64,000 bases of DNA, taken from an uncultured Chloroflexia bacterium (lineage in GTDB: Bacteria; Chloroflexota; Dehalococcoidia; Dehalococcoidales; UBA2162). The position numbers and the translations under genes are program-made. The notes below the pieces were generated by a model. It was not told the origin of the DNA. It searched no databases and saw only the letters and a list, made by a program, of their open reading frames with translations. Of this stretch, positions 16,571 to 27,136 are shown piece by piece (the first letter of the stretch is position 1; every line of letters starts with the position of its first letter). The stretch spans positions 22,661 through 86,660 of the forward strand of contig CAVUYC010000030.1 in the NCBI GenBank assembly GCA_963745605.1. The letters run 5' to 3'.

Positions 16571-19006
16571 ATGGTAATCGGCAAGACTAGACCAGTCACT
16601 ATCGAATCGGAAATGCGTAGCTCGTACCTCGACTACGCAATGAGCGTTATCGTCTCTCGTGCTTTGCCCGATGTAAGAGACGGTTTGAAGCCTGTGCAGC
16701 GGCGCATCCTCTATGCGATGAACGACATGGGCATCCGCTATAACACCTCCTACAAGAAGAGTGCGCGTATCGTTGGCGAGGTAATGGGCAAGTTCCACCC
16801 GCACGGGGATAGTCCAGTCTATGAGGCAATGGTCCGTCTTGCTCAGGACTTCTCGATGCGGTACATGCTGGTAGATGGCCAGGGCAACTTTGGCAGCGTC
16901 GACAATGATCCTCCAGCTGCCATGCGGTACACCGAGGCCCGTCTGTCTCAGATTGCCGAGCAGATGCTGCTTAACATTGATGAGGACACAGTCGATTTCA
17001 TCCCCAACTTCGACAACAGTCTTCAGGAGCCTTCCGTTCTTCCCGCTCGCCTGCCCAATTTGCTGGTTAATGGTAGCGCCGGAATTGCCGTGGGCATGGC
17101 AACGAACATACCACCACACAATCTGACTGAGATTTGCGACGCACTCATCTACCTCATTGAGAATCCGGATGCCACTGTGGACGACCTGGGTAAGTTCGTA
17201 AAGGGGCCTGATTTCCCAACCGGCGGCATAATCCGCGGACTTGAAGGCATTAAGAGCGCCTATGCCACGGGGCACGGGCGCATCGTCGTCCGGGCGAGAG
17301 CAGTTATTGAAGAGGCGAAAGAGGGTGGACGTCGCCAGATAATTATCAGCGAGTTGCCTTACCAGACTAACAAGGCTGCCCTCGTCGAGAGAATCGCCGA
17401 ACTCGGGGCCGAGAAGAAGATTCCCGGAATTAGCGAAATACGAGATGAGTCTGATCGCGAAGGCATGAGAGTTGTCATCGACCTTCGACGTGAAGCTCAG
17501 CCCCAAATGGTACTTAATAACCTTTTTAAACATACTGCGATGCAGTCGGCATTCTTTGTAAACATGCTGGCTCTCGTGGACGGGCAACCAAGGGTGCTGA
17601 GCCTCAAAGAGGCGATCCAGTATTTCATCGATTTTCGCTTCTCCGTTATCACCCGCCGAACTCGCTACCAGCTCAAGCAGGCAAGGGACCGCGCACATAT
17701 CCTGGAAGGGCTCAAGATCGCGCTCGACAATATCGATCGGGTAGTCACCATCATTCGACAATCGCAGAGCGTTGATGCTGCCCGACAGGCTTTGATGACC
17801 GAATTCAAGCTCTCGCAGATCCAGGCCCAGGCCATTCTGGATATGCCGTTGAGAAGGCTTGCAAGCCTTGAAAGACAGAAGATTCTGGATGAACTTGAGG
17901 AAGTCCACAAGAACATCGCTTATCTTGAAGGACTTCTCGCTGACGCCAGGAAGATACTGGCCCTGGTGAAAGACGAGGCCAAGGAACTGAGGGAAAAGTT
18001 TGGCGACGAACGCCGCACTGAAATCAGTCTCGAAGGTGATGTCGATTACAGGGAAGAAGACCTCATACCTCACCAGACGATGGTGGTAACCGTCAGCAAC
18101 CGCGGGTTCGTCAAAAGGGTTCCCGCACAGCTTTATACTTTGCAGCACAGGGGCGGCAAAGGTATTACCGGCATGCCGACGCGGGAAGACGACGCGGTAA
18201 AGCTCCTCGCGGTGGCAGATACTCACGATAGCCTGCTCTTCTTCACCAATCGCGGCAAGGCGTTCCGCATGCGCTGCTGGGAGATCACGGCTGCAACGAC
18301 ACGCGCTGCAAAGGGAATAGCCGCCATCAACATGTTCCCAATCGCAGAAGGTGAGAGGATCGCTGACGTGATGTTGGTTACGCCAACTATGGCCGGCAGG
18401 GCTCTGCTCATGGTCACAGAGCGCGGTGAGATCAAGAAGACGGCCCTGGACAATTTCGCCAACGTGCGCAGCAGCGGCCTCATCGCAATGGACGTCGAGC
18501 CCAAAGACGAGTTGCTTGAATGCAGGGCTGCCACAGATGAAGACGACGTGCTGATTGTGACCCAGAAGGGGATGTCAATCCGGTTCCCGGTTGCCGGTGT
18601 GCCTGTGCGTTCCAGAACTGCTGGCGGCGTAAGGGGCATAAGGCTGGGAGAAGGCGACAAAGTCGTTGGAATGGATATTGCCGTTACCGATGCAATGGTG
18701 TTGACTGTCACCACCAAGGGTTATGGCAAACTGACCCCCGTCGAAAAGTACAGGCTACAGAAGAGGGCAGGACGGGGCACGAGGACTTACCGCCTGAATG
18801 ACAAGCGCGGCGAACTGGCAGCGGCAAGGCTTGTAACGCTCAAGGAACAGGTAATGATCATCTCGGCCGACGGCATTATCATCTACACGCCGGTGCAGGA
18901 GATTTCGATTCAGGGTCGTGCCACCCAGGGCGTCAGGCTGATGGATATGAGTGGAGAAGACCACGTCGTCGCCATCACCAACTTCGAAAGGGTGGAGAGG
19001 CAATAG
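16571..19006 (+). CDS. gyrA: DNA gyrase subunit A
   Basis: 811 aa. [40 protein letters not shown] active-site tyrosine region, and C-terminal beta-pinwheel repeats. Confidence 0.97.
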   Translation: MVIGKTRPVTIESEMRSSYLDYAMSVIVSRALPDVRDGLKPVQRRILYAMNDMGIRYNTSYKKSARIVGEVMGKFHPHGDSPVYEAMVRLAQDFSMRYMLVDGQGNFGSVDNDPPAAMRYTEARLSQIAEQMLLNIDEDTVDFIPNFDNSLQEPSVLPARLPNLLVNGSAGIAVGMATNIPPHNLTEICDALIYLIENPDATVDDLGKFVKGPDFPTGGIIRGLEGIKSAYATGHGRIVVRARAVIEEAKEGGRRQIIISELPYQTNKAALVERIAELGAEKKIPGISEIRDESDREGMRVVIDLRREAQPQMVLNNLFKHTAMQSAFFVNMLALVDGQPRVLSLKEAIQYFIDFRFSVITRRTRYQLKQARDRAHILEGLKIALDNIDRVVTIIRQSQSVDAARQALMTEFKLSQIQAQAILDMPLRRLASLERQKILDELEEVHKNIAYLEGLLADARKILALVKDEAKELREKFGDERRTEISLEGDVDYREEDLIPHQTMVVTVSNRGFVKRVPAQLYTLQHRGGKGITGMPTREDDAVKLLAVADTHDSLLFFTNRGKAFRMRCWEITAATTRAAKGIAAINMFPIAEGERIADVMLVTPTMAGRALLMVTERGEIKKTALDNFANVRSSGLIAMDVEPKDELLECRAATDEDDVLIVTQKGMSIRFPVAGVPVRSRTAGGVRGIRLGEGDKVVGMDIAVTDAMVLTVTTKGYGKLTPVEKYRLQKRAGRGTRTYRLNDKRGELAAARLVTLKEQVMIISADGIIIYTPVQEISIQGRATQGVRLMDMSGEDHVVAITNFERVERQ

Positions 19007-19047
19007 CCGAAGAGCCTGGGCTGGTAACGGGTTCAGCAGGCTAAAAG

Positions 19048-19497
19048 TCAGCTATTCCCAACCCCAGGTACTTCGTTTCCCACCCTTCCCTGGCGAAGCT
19101 GTCCCAGTTGGATCGCATCTAATTCGGAAGGATAGACCAGCTCGCCCTGCAGCTGTTCTCTGCTGTACCAACCGGCGTCGATAATCCCCTCTTCTGCGGC
19201 TCCCGCGGTCTTCGCCAATCGTCCGCCGGTGACTGAACAGAGATGCCATACCTTGATGCCCCGGTATTGGCTTGAAATTAGGTCCTCGACAAACAGGATC
19301 TTGCCGGGCTTTATCTCCAGACCTGTCTCTTCGCGGACCTCTCTGACTACAGCCTGGTCTATCCCTTCGTGACTTAGGGCGCCGCCACCCGGCCCGACCA
19401 GGAATGTCTTCCCCTGTCTGTCGACATATCTGACGAGCAGCACCTTACCGTTTTCTATGACGATGGCGCCAGATGAAATGCGGTGATCTTTTTCCAT
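19048..19497 (-). CDS. NUDIX hydrolase
   Basis: Nudix box GGGALSHEGIDQAVVREVREETGL. Confidence 0.9.
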   Translation of the reverse strand: MEKDHRISSGAIVIENGKVLLVRYVDRQGKTFLVGPGGGALSHEGIDQAVVREVREETGLEIKPGKILFVEDLISSQYRGIKVWHLCSVTGGRLAKTAGAAEEGIIDAGWYSREQLQGELVYPSELDAIQLGQLRQGRVGNEVPGVGNS

Positions 19498-19548
19498 GTC
19501 ACCCTGAAAAGTCTGCCATGGCTCACTGCTATGGCCGATCGGTAGCTG

Positions 19549-20823
19549 CTACGGTCGCACCTGTCCGTTACCGAAAATGATCCATTTGTAGCTCGTCAGT
19601 TCCTTGAGTCCGAGAGGCCCCCTGGCATGCATCTTCTGGGTACTGATCCCCACTTCTGCCCCCAGGCCGAACTGACCGCCATCGGTGAACCGTGTGCTGG
19701 CGTTGACGTAGACGCACGCCGCGTCGACCTCATTGAGGAAGCGCATTCCCGCCTCGTAACTTTCCGTGACAATCGCCTCGGAGTGCCCGGAACCGTAGCG
19801 CTCGATGTGATCCAGGGCCTCGTCCAGCGAATCGACTACCTTGATCGCCGCGGTGAGCGACAGATATTCTCTGCCCCAGTCGTCCTGGACGGCGGGTTTG
19901 AGTTTCAGGCCGGCACTCTGCTTGAGGATGGTTAGAGCCCGGCTGTCACAATGTAGTTCCACCCCGGCGCTGGCCAATTCCTGCGCCATCTTCGGCAGGA
20001 CGTTACCCGCAATTGCCGAATGGACGATAACACAGTCGAGCGCGTTGCAGACTGTAGGCCTCTGAACCTTGGCGTTAAAGACTATTGACGTAGCCTTCGA
20101 TTGGTCCGCCGACCTATCGACGTAGGTGTGACAGACGCCGACCCCGCCGGTCACAACGGGCATCGTCGCTGTTTCGGAAACGAACTTGATCAATTGAGCG
20201 CTTCCGCGGGGAATGATCAGGTCGATGTACTGGTTCATCTTCAGCATGTCATCGACGAGTGCCCGGTCTGTGTTGTCCACGAATTGCACACATCCGTCTG
20301 GCATTTCCGCTCTGGCAACCGCTGCCTTGATGACGTCCACCAGAGCTGAATTGCTGTGGATGGCCTCTTTCCCGCCCCTCAAGAGGACGGAGTTCCCCGC
20401 CTTCAGGCAAAGGACCGAAATATCGACTGTGACGTTCGGCCGGCTTTCATAGATCGCGCCGATAACGCCCAGCGGAACTCGCTTCTTCCCGATGAGGAGT
20501 CCGTTGGGCATCGTTCTCATGTCGAAAACCTCGCCTGCAGGGTCGGGAAGAGCGGCAACGGAGAGGACATCTTTGGAGATGCCTTCGAGACGCGAGGCGT
20601 TGATCAGAAGTCGGTCCAGCATGGCTTCGCCCATGCCGCCAGCCCGGCCCTCTTCCATGTCCTTCCTGTTTGCTTCAAGGATTGCGTCCTTTCTCGAAAT
20701 GAGATCGGCGGCGATGTTGGCGAGGGCCCTGTTCTTGGTCTCAGAAGAGACGTAGGCCAGCTTGCGTGAAGCCGCCTTGGCCGCCTTTCCCCGAGTCTTC
20801 AGAACTTCAACTGCTTCGCTCAT
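19549..20823 (-). CDS. proA: Glutamate-5-semialdehyde dehydrogenase (gamma-glutamyl phosphate reductase)
   Basis: Start taken at the internal ATG (MSEAVEVLKTRGKAAKAASRKLA) behind AAGAGGA. Full-length ProA pattern, including the catalytic-Cys region (VCNALD). Confidence 0.93.
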   Translation of the reverse strand: MSEAVEVLKTRGKAAKAASRKLAYVSSETKNRALANIAADLISRKDAILEANRKDMEEGRAGGMGEAMLDRLLINASRLEGISKDVLSVAALPDPAGEVFDMRTMPNGLLIGKKRVPLGVIGAIYESRPNVTVDISVLCLKAGNSVLLRGGKEAIHSNSALVDVIKAAVARAEMPDGCVQFVDNTDRALVDDMLKMNQYIDLIIPRGSAQLIKFVSETATMPVVTGGVGVCHTYVDRSADQSKATSIVFNAKVQRPTVCNALDCVIVHSAIAGNVLPKMAQELASAGVELHCDSRALTILKQSAGLKLKPAVQDDWGREYLSLTAAIKVVDSLDEALDHIERYGSGHSEAIVTESYEAGMRFLNEVDAACVYVNASTRFTDGGQFGLGAEVGISTQKMHARGPLGLKELTSYKWIIFGNGQVRP

Positions 20824-20955
20824 ACATTGTTCCTCTTTGGAGATGGTATTGAGAAAGTATAGCAGAGCGCCAAAAACCGCTTGAACAAGGGCCGCGGAAT
20901 TGTTGTCCAACATTCGCGTCTGAGGCGTGTACCGCGCGAGGCTGTGGCGAGCCTA

Positions 20956-20964
20956 TGCTATAAT
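20956..20964 (+). promoter_or_regulatory. Candidate extended -10 (TGCTATAAT) for prfA-prmC
   Basis: Followed by GGAGG (20972..20976) and the ATG at 20982. Confidence 0.45.
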
Positions 20965-20981
20965 TTTCGGTGGAGGCTCGA

Positions 20982-22052
20982 ATGTGGGAAAAGCTTGAGA
21001 CAACCGAGAAGCGGTTCGAAGAACTCGAGGCGCTGATGGGGACGCCCGAAGTTGGCGCAGACCCTGAGCAGCTGAAGAAGCTTGGCCAGGAACGTGCCTC
21101 CATTGAAGAGCTTGTGACCAAGTACCGGCAATTTAGAGCCACGAACCGCTCTCTTGAGGCAACTAAGGCGATGCTCAAGGAGAGTTCTGAAGAGGATATG
21201 AAAGCCCTCGCTAAGGAGGAGATATCGCAGCTCGAAGCGGAACTCGAGAAGAGGACGCAAGAGCTGAAACTGGCACTCCTTCCCCGTGACCCCAACGACG
21301 AAAAGCATGTGATCGTCGAAGTCAGGTCGGGAACCGGAGGCGACGAGGCTGGCTTGTTCGCCGCCGACCTCTTCCGTATGTATACGCGCTATGCCCAGAG
21401 CAAGCGCTGGGATACCGAAGTGATAACGAGCAGCGACAGCGGCCTGGGGGGCTTCAAAGAGGTTGTGTTTGATGTCAAGGGCAAAGGGGCCTTCAGCCGG
21501 TTCAAGTATGAACGCGGAGTGCATCGCGTCCAGCGGGTTCCCCAGACCGAGGCGTCAGGCAGAATCCATACTTCGACTGCTACGGTTGCGGTCCTCCCTG
21601 AGGCAGATGAGGTTGATGTCGATATCAACCCAAACGATCTCAGAATAGATATTTACCATAGCGGCGGGGCGGGCGGTCAAAACGTCAACAAAGTGGCTAC
21701 CGCGATCCGCATCACTCATCTTCCGACCGGCATAGTGGTAATCTGTCAGGATGAACGCTCTCAGCTTAAGAACAAAAACAAAGCTATGATCGTCCTCAGA
21801 GCCAGGCTCCTCCAGCAGGAGACCGACAAGCGGGAAGCAGAGGAAACGAAGGAGCGGCGTTCTCAGGTCGGCAGCGCCGAGCGTTCCGAGAAGATCCGTA
21901 CCTATAATTTTCCTCAGGACCGTCTGACCGACCACCGCATCGGTCTGACGCTGCACAACCTGCCCAAGATCCTGGCAGGCGACCTCGACGATCTTATCGA
22001 CGCTCTGGCCACCGAGGACCAGACTAAAGCTCTGGCAGAGCAGATGACGTGA
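20982..22052 (+). CDS. prfA: Peptide chain release factor 1
   Basis: RF1 tripeptide PQT context ([17 protein letters not shown]) and GGQ motif ([12 protein letters not shown]). ATG at 20982 is preferred over the GTG at 20970. Confidence 0.95.
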   Translation: MWEKLETTEKRFEELEALMGTPEVGADPEQLKKLGQERASIEELVTKYRQFRATNRSLEATKAMLKESSEEDMKALAKEEISQLEAELEKRTQELKLALLPRDPNDEKHVIVEVRSGTGGDEAGLFAADLFRMYTRYAQSKRWDTEVITSSDSGLGGFKEVVFDVKGKGAFSRFKYERGVHRVQRVPQTEASGRIHTSTATVAVLPEADEVDVDINPNDLRIDIYHSGGAGGQNVNKVATAIRITHLPTGIVVICQDERSQLKNKNKAMIVLRARLLQQETDKREAEETKERRSQVGSAERSEKIRTYNFPQDRLTDHRIGLTLHNLPKILAGDLDDLIDALATEDQTKALAEQMT

Positions 22053-22891
22053 CTCTGATCCGGCTGCTCCGTGCTGCCACTGAACGGCTATTTGCGGCCG
22101 GGATCGAAGATGCTTCTCTAGAGGCCGAAGTCCTGCTCCGCCACGTTCTCGGGATCACAAAGACAGAGTTTTATCTCAGATTCGACGCCGCCGTCTCTCA
22201 CACCGACGAAACCGAGTTTGAGCTGGTCCTTCAACGAAGGATCATCGGCGAACCCACCGCTTACATCACGGGCCATCGCGAGTTCTTTGGTTTGGACTTC
22301 AAAATTGACAGGCGCGTCCTTATTCCCAGGCCCGAAAGCGAACTGCTCGTCGAGAGGGCCATCCTTCTTGGTAATGGCGGCGCTCGCACCTTCGCTGACG
22401 TCGGTACGGGCTCGGGATGCATCGCCATCAGCATCGCGTACGCCCTGTCCAGTGCAACTGCATACGCAATCGACGTGTCAACCGATGCCCTTGAGGTTGC
22501 CCAGATGAACTGCGAAAGGCACGGCGTCGAGGACAGGGTTATACTCTTGAATGGAGATCTGCTTAGCCCGATGCCGTGTAACGTAGACGTGATCATCGGC
22601 AATCTCCCTTATGTAAAGAGATCGGAGGTTGTCGGGATCAACACCAACGGCTATGAGCCTCGGCTGGCGCTTGATGGCGGTCCCGATGGCCTTGACATTA
22701 TGCGCCGCCTGAGCTCTCAAGCAGCGTCAAAGTTGAATCCAGGGGGTGCTCTTCTTCTCGAACTCGGACAGGGACAGGCAGAGGAGGCATGTCGCATAAT
22801 TGGTGGCGATCTCGACTGTAGCAATTGCGAAGTCGTGAAGGACCTCGCCGGCATCGAGCGTATGCTTGTTGTCAAGCTCAAAAGGGATTAG
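22049..22891 (+). CDS. prmC: Release-factor glutamine N5-methyltransferase
   Basis: GTG overlaps the prfA stop (GTGA). SAM motif [10 protein letters not shown] and an NPPY-type motif as NLPY. Confidence 0.9.
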   Translation: MTLIRLLRAATERLFAAGIEDASLEAEVLLRHVLGITKTEFYLRFDAAVSHTDETEFELVLQRRIIGEPTAYITGHREFFGLDFKIDRRVLIPRPESELLVERAILLGNGGARTFADVGTGSGCIAISIAYALSSATAYAIDVSTDALEVAQMNCERHGVEDRVILLNGDLLSPMPCNVDVIIGNLPYVKRSEVVGINTNGYEPRLALDGGPDGLDIMRRLSSQAASKLNPGGALLLELGQGQAEEACRIIGGDLDCSNCEVVKDLAGIERMLVVKLKRD

Positions 22892-22900
22892 GGGCGTATC

Positions 22901-23848
22901 ATGTTTGAGACGGAACGCGATCAGATTACTCCCGAGCGACTTTATGTAAGCAGGAAGGATTTTATCGTCGGAGCGGGTGCAATTTCGGGGGCGGCTTTCC
23001 TGGCTGCCTGCACTGGTGGGGGAGGAGGCGGAGGGAGCACGACGCCAACGGAAGCGGCGTTCTGCGATGGCGCTGTGGCCGGAGGCACTGCTGACGAACT
23101 GGGGGCCAAACTGACACCCTGCAAAGACATCACCACCTACAATAACTTCTACGAGTTCTCCTATAGCAAGGGCGACGTCGCGAAACTGTCAAAGGACTTC
23201 AAGACTTCCCCCTGGACAGTGAGCGTTGGAGGACTGGTGTCAACCCCCCTGTCCTTTACCGTGGAAGAACTAGTTCAGCGCTATAAGCCGGAGGAGCGCA
23301 TCTACCGGATGCGATGCGTCGAAGCCTGGTCGATGGTGATCCCCTGGATTGGATTTCCACTCTCAAGGATCCTCCAGGAAGCTGCACCGAAGCCGGAGGC
23401 TAAGTTCGTCCGCTTTGTCAGCTTCTATGATTCGAAACAGATGCCTGGGGATACGTCTCTGCCATTTCCGTACTTTGAAGGCCTGCGCGTCGACGAGGCA
23501 ATGCAGGACCTGGCCATACTGGCAACGGGAATGTACGGGAAGGGCCTTCCTCCCCAGGACGGCGCTCCGATTCGACTGGTGGTGCCATGGAAGTACGGTT
23601 TCAAGAGTGCCAAGTCGATCATAAAGATCGAACTGACTGACCAGATGCCCAGCACGTTTTGGTCCACCATCTCTCCGAGTGAATACGGGTTCTTTGCCAA
23701 CGTTAATCCTAATGTAGACCATCCCCGATGGTCGCAGGCGAGCGAACGCCGCATCGGTGAGCTCTCGAGAAGGACCACGCTGCTGTTCAACGGCTATGAT
23801 CAGGTGGCTAGCCTGTACCAGGGCATGGACCTGGCCAAGAACTTCTAG
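22901..23848 (+). CDS. msrP: Protein-methionine-sulfoxide reductase catalytic subunit MsrP (molybdopterin), predicted lipoprotein
   Basis: TTYNNFYEFS, RMRCVEAWSMVIPWIGFPL, LVVPWKYGFKSAKSI. The N-terminus has FLAAC followed by GGGGGGG. Confidence 0.9.
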   Translation: MFETERDQITPERLYVSRKDFIVGAGAISGAAFLAACTGGGGGGGSTTPTEAAFCDGAVAGGTADELGAKLTPCKDITTYNNFYEFSYSKGDVAKLSKDFKTSPWTVSVGGLVSTPLSFTVEELVQRYKPEERIYRMRCVEAWSMVIPWIGFPLSRILQEAAPKPEAKFVRFVSFYDSKQMPGDTSLPFPYFEGLRVDEAMQDLAILATGMYGKGLPPQDGAPIRLVVPWKYGFKSAKSIIKIELTDQMPSTFWSTISPSEYGFFANVNPNVDHPRWSQASERRIGELSRRTTLLFNGYDQVASLYQGMDLAKNF

Positions 23849-23851
23849 AAC

Positions 23852-24478
23852 ATGGAACGCAGGGTCGCTCTCCTACTCACAGTAGCGGCGCACGTGGGAG
23901 CTTTGGTCCCGGCCGCCATTGTGATCTGGGGTCTCATTTCGGGTAATCTGACTGCCAACCCGGTCCAGGCCATCCAATTGCGCACGGGCAAGACGGCTAT
24001 CAATTTCCTCTTTTTGTCTCTGGCTTGCACCCCGTTCTTTCTGCTGACCGGATTCAGACCCGCGATGCCTCTGCGTCGTCTTCTAGGCCTGTATGCCTTC
24101 GCCTATGCAGGGATTCATTTCCTCAACTTTGTCGGCGTCGACTACGGCTTCAATCTGGGATTGATCCGTGCCGATGCTCTGGTGAGCAAGCGTTTCATCG
24201 TCGCAGGGCTGGGAGCACTGCTATTTCTGATTCCCCTTGCTGTGACGTCCTTCGGAGGGTTGAGATCACGCGTGGGCCGGGCATCATGGCTGCTGGCCTT
24301 GATGACCTATGTTGCCGCAATCCTCGCCGTGGTCCATTACATTTGGCAAACCAAGATAGACTTCAGGTTGCCTGTACTCTACGGCGCGATTCTCGTGTTC
24401 CTGCTCGTGTTCCGAATTCCTCCCCTACGCCATTACCTCAGTCGGCGCCTGGAGAAATCGCGAGCTGCCGGAGCGTAG
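23852..24478 (+). CDS. msrQ: MsrQ heme-b membrane subunit (ferric-reductase-like TM domain)
   Basis: 208 aa with six hydrophobic segments and conserved His (YAGIHF, AVVHYIW). Starts 3 nt after msrP. Confidence 0.85.
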   Translation: MERRVALLLTVAAHVGALVPAAIVIWGLISGNLTANPVQAIQLRTGKTAINFLFLSLACTPFFLLTGFRPAMPLRRLLGLYAFAYAGIHFLNFVGVDYGFNLGLIRADALVSKRFIVAGLGALLFLIPLAVTSFGGLRSRVGRASWLLALMTYVAAILAVVHYIWQTKIDFRLPVLYGAILVFLLVFRIPPLRHYLSRRLEKSRAAGA

Positions 24479-24527
24479 CAGCAGGTCTTATATCCAAATT
24501 CGTCTGTGGCCTCCGGAGCAATTCAGG

Positions 24528-24533
24528 TATAAT
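24528..24533 (+). promoter_or_regulatory. Candidate -10 (TATAAT)
   Basis: Lies 59 nt upstream of the ATG at 24592. AGGAGG at 24578..24583. Confidence 0.35.
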
Positions 24534-24591
24534 GAGGCGAACGTGCGAGATTGCCTGCACAGGACCAAGCCAGCGTACAGGAGGATAAGTG

Positions 24592-25746
24592 ATGCCGGAT
24601 GTTGCGATAATCGGCGCAGGGCAAACCGTCTTTTCTCGAAAATGCGGGATAGCGCTGAGGGAACTCTGCTTTGACGCCTACAGGGAGGCGATGGAAGGTC
24701 TCGATCTCACCAACAAGAATATCGATGCATCAATCATCTGCTCCGCCCCGGAATACGACAAACAGCGGAGCCCAGCGGGGCTCATTTCCGAGTATCTCGG
24801 GCTCACGCCGAGTCCGGCCTTTTATCTCGAAACGGTGTGTTCATCGAGTACCATGGGTGTTCGAGTTGCCTGGTCGCTGATCGAGTCCGGCCTTCATAAG
24901 GTCGTGGCCGTTATTGGTTTCCAGAAGATGTCTGAGCTCAATTCCCGCGAAGCTGCCGAAAGGATGGGGAGGGGTGGTGACGTCATATGGGAGTCTCCTC
25001 TCGGGCTGACAATGCCGGCGGGGTATGGCATGTATGCACGCGGCCATATGGCAAAGTACGGAACGACGTCTGAACAACTGGCTAAGATCCGCGTCAAGGC
25101 GTCCACTTACGGCATGAAGAACCCGAAGGCCACCTACCGGAAAGAGGTCACGCTCGAAGGTGTGATGACCTCGGAGGTTGTGGCCGATCCCTTGAAGGTC
25201 TTCGATTGCTGCGCCAACGCGGATGGGGCATCGTGCATAATCCTGGCGAAAGCAGACATCGCTAAGAAAGTCTGCAAGAAGCCCATCTGGGTTGTGGGGT
25301 TGGGTGCGGCTACTGACACGATGTCCATGTCAGGCAGGACGCTTCTCAGTGGTCTCAAGTGCGCGCAACAGGCTGCCTCCGACGCCTACAAGATGGCCAA
25401 GATCACAGCTGCCGATGTCGACGTCGCCGAGGTACATGACTGCTTCACCATTGCTGAGCTGATGGCCTATGAGGACCTCGGATTTGCCCGTCCGGGAGAG
25501 GGCGCGAGGTTGATCGAAGAAAAACAGACCTACGCCGATGGCAAGATTCCGGTGAACGTTGACGGAGGACTATTATCCAAAGGCCATCCCATAGGGGCAA
25601 CCGGGGGTTCGCAGGTCCGCACCATCGTGCGTCAACTGAGGGGCGAAGCTACCGAGGCTCAGGTGAAAGATCCTGAGGTGGGGCTGGTGCACAACATCGG
25701 CGGAATCGGCCAATACGCCACCGTCACCATCATGAGGAGGGACTAG
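24592..25746 (+). CDS. Thiolase-family protein (archaeal/SCP-x type acetyl-CoA C-acyltransferase-like)
   Basis: VAIIGAGQTVF, active-site Cys region (ETVCSSST), C-terminal HDCF...GHPIGATG. Confidence 0.85.
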   Translation: MPDVAIIGAGQTVFSRKCGIALRELCFDAYREAMEGLDLTNKNIDASIICSAPEYDKQRSPAGLISEYLGLTPSPAFYLETVCSSSTMGVRVAWSLIESGLHKVVAVIGFQKMSELNSREAAERMGRGGDVIWESPLGLTMPAGYGMYARGHMAKYGTTSEQLAKIRVKASTYGMKNPKATYRKEVTLEGVMTSEVVADPLKVFDCCANADGASCIILAKADIAKKVCKKPIWVVGLGAATDTMSMSGRTLLSGLKCAQQAASDAYKMAKITAADVDVAEVHDCFTIAELMAYEDLGFARPGEGARLIEEKQTYADGKIPVNVDGGLLSKGHPIGATGGSQVRTIVRQLRGEATEAQVKDPEVGLVHNIGGIGQYATVTIMRRD

Positions 25747-25747
25747 C

Positions 25748-26158
25748 GTGGGGATAGAGAATTTCGGAAAAGTAAGTTTCACGGCCGAGTCCAAGGCTGC
25801 CGAGTTTGTCACCTATCTGGAGCAAGGAAAGGTGATGGCGACAAAATGCCCAAAGTGCGGGACCATCAGTTTTCCTCCGCGGATGGACTGCCCCAACTGT
25901 ATCTCAACAAGCGCGGAATGGTTCGAGGTGACCGGTTCGGGAACGCTGGCAACGTACTCCATCGTGACCTATGGACCATCCGGATTCGAAGACGATGCGC
26001 CGTACACCCTGGCGGTCGTCGACTACGGTGATTTCAGGATGTTTGGGCGCGTCCGCAAGGAAATCCCGAAGAACGAACTCAAGGTCGGAATGAAAATGAA
26101 GGTCGTTCCGGTTAGGCTCACGGCAGACAGAATCAGCTACGAATTCTTGAAGGCCTGA
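25748..26158 (+). CDS. Zn-ribbon / OB-fold protein (DUF35 family), thiolase partner
   Basis: CPKCGTISFPPRMDCPNC rubredoxin-like knuckles followed by an OB fold. Starts 1 nt after the thiolase stop. Confidence 0.85.
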   Translation: MGIENFGKVSFTAESKAAEFVTYLEQGKVMATKCPKCGTISFPPRMDCPNCISTSAEWFEVTGSGTLATYSIVTYGPSGFEDDAPYTLAVVDYGDFRMFGRVRKEIPKNELKVGMKMKVVPVRLTADRISYEFLKA

Positions 26159-26184
26159 ACTCCCAAAAGAAAGGGCTAATATAT

Positions 26185-26215
26185 AAGGCGCCGGGACGCT
26201 CAGTCCCGGCGCCTT
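26185..26215. terminator. Bidirectional intrinsic terminator between convergent genes
   Basis: AAGGCGCCGGGAC-GCTCA-GTCCCGGCGCCTT. Confidence 0.7.
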
Positions 26216-26272
26216 ATTTGTGTGAAGTGACGGCCAACTCACCATGGCGGGGTCACGTTGTCCGTGTCCCGA

Positions 26273-27130
26273 CTACTCCTCGAGGCGAGAAATCTCCTTA
26301 AGTCTGTCGATAACCTCGTTCACGGTCTCGTCGGACGTTGAAGCTCCGCTTGACACTCCGATTCGAGCGAATTTCTTGATGCTTTGCGTCTCCACATCGC
26401 TGCTATCCTCGATCAGTTTGGATGAGGTGACTGTGGCGCATAAGTCCACGATATGATTCGTGTTGGCGCTTTTTCTGCTTCCCACGACGAGCATCAGGTC
26501 GACCTTGCGAGCGAGATCGATGGCTGCCTTCTGGCGGTCAATCATGTCGTGACAGATGGTATCGATGACGCGGATCTGGGAGTCCTTCCCCAGGACGGAG
26601 GCAAGAGTGGATGTGCTGAAGGCCAGAAAACGCTCGGGGATTTGAGTTGTCTGCGATATTACCCCGACCTTCTTGGGTTTGGGTTGAAGACTATCCAGAA
26701 ACGCCGTATCCATTGCGGCGATGCCTTTGCCATCGGCGTGGCCGAGTATTCCCTTGACCTCAATATGTTCCGATTCGCCGTAGACGACTACTGTGAAGCC
26801 CTGTCTGGCGAGTTCGGCAGCCGTCATTTGCGCGTGGTGTACAAATGGGCAAGTGGTGTCGATGACCGTGGCAAAGCGAGAGCGCATCCGCGCCTCGGTG
26901 GCAGGAGTCACTCCGTGGCTTCCGATGGCTACGGTGCTGCCGTGCAATGCCTCTAACGATGGAGAGACGGTGACTCCAAGGCGGGCCATTTTTTCAGTGA
27001 CCTGGGCATTATGCACAATAGCGCCCAGGGTCACGACGCTCCCATGCAGGGCGGCTGCCTTCGATAGAATGTCGATCGCCCGCTTGACGCCGAAGCAAAA
27101 ACCGGTGCGCTCAGCCTTCTCAATCTGCAT
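26273..27130 (-). CDS. ispH: 4-hydroxy-3-methylbut-2-enyl diphosphate reductase
   Basis: GFCFGVKRAI, TCPFVHH, VVGSRKSANTN. Confidence 0.93.
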   Translation of the reverse strand: MQIEKAERTGFCFGVKRAIDILSKAAALHGSVVTLGAIVHNAQVTEKMARLGVTVSPSLEALHGSTVAIGSHGVTPATEARMRSRFATVIDTTCPFVHHAQMTAAELARQGFTVVVYGESEHIEVKGILGHADGKGIAAMDTAFLDSLQPKPKKVGVISQTTQIPERFLAFSTSTLASVLGKDSQIRVIDTICHDMIDRQKAAIDLARKVDLMLVVGSRKSANTNHIVDLCATVTSSKLIEDSSDVETQSIKKFARIGVSSGASTSDETVNEVIDRLKEISRLEE

Positions 27131-27136
27131 GACGAA

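Noticed and set aside
16508-18226. 572-aa ORF on the minus strand
   Set aside because: It is entirely antisense to gyrA, whose identity is unambiguous. Its sequence is low-complexity and non-protein-like, typical of a shadow ORF in GC-rich coding DNA.
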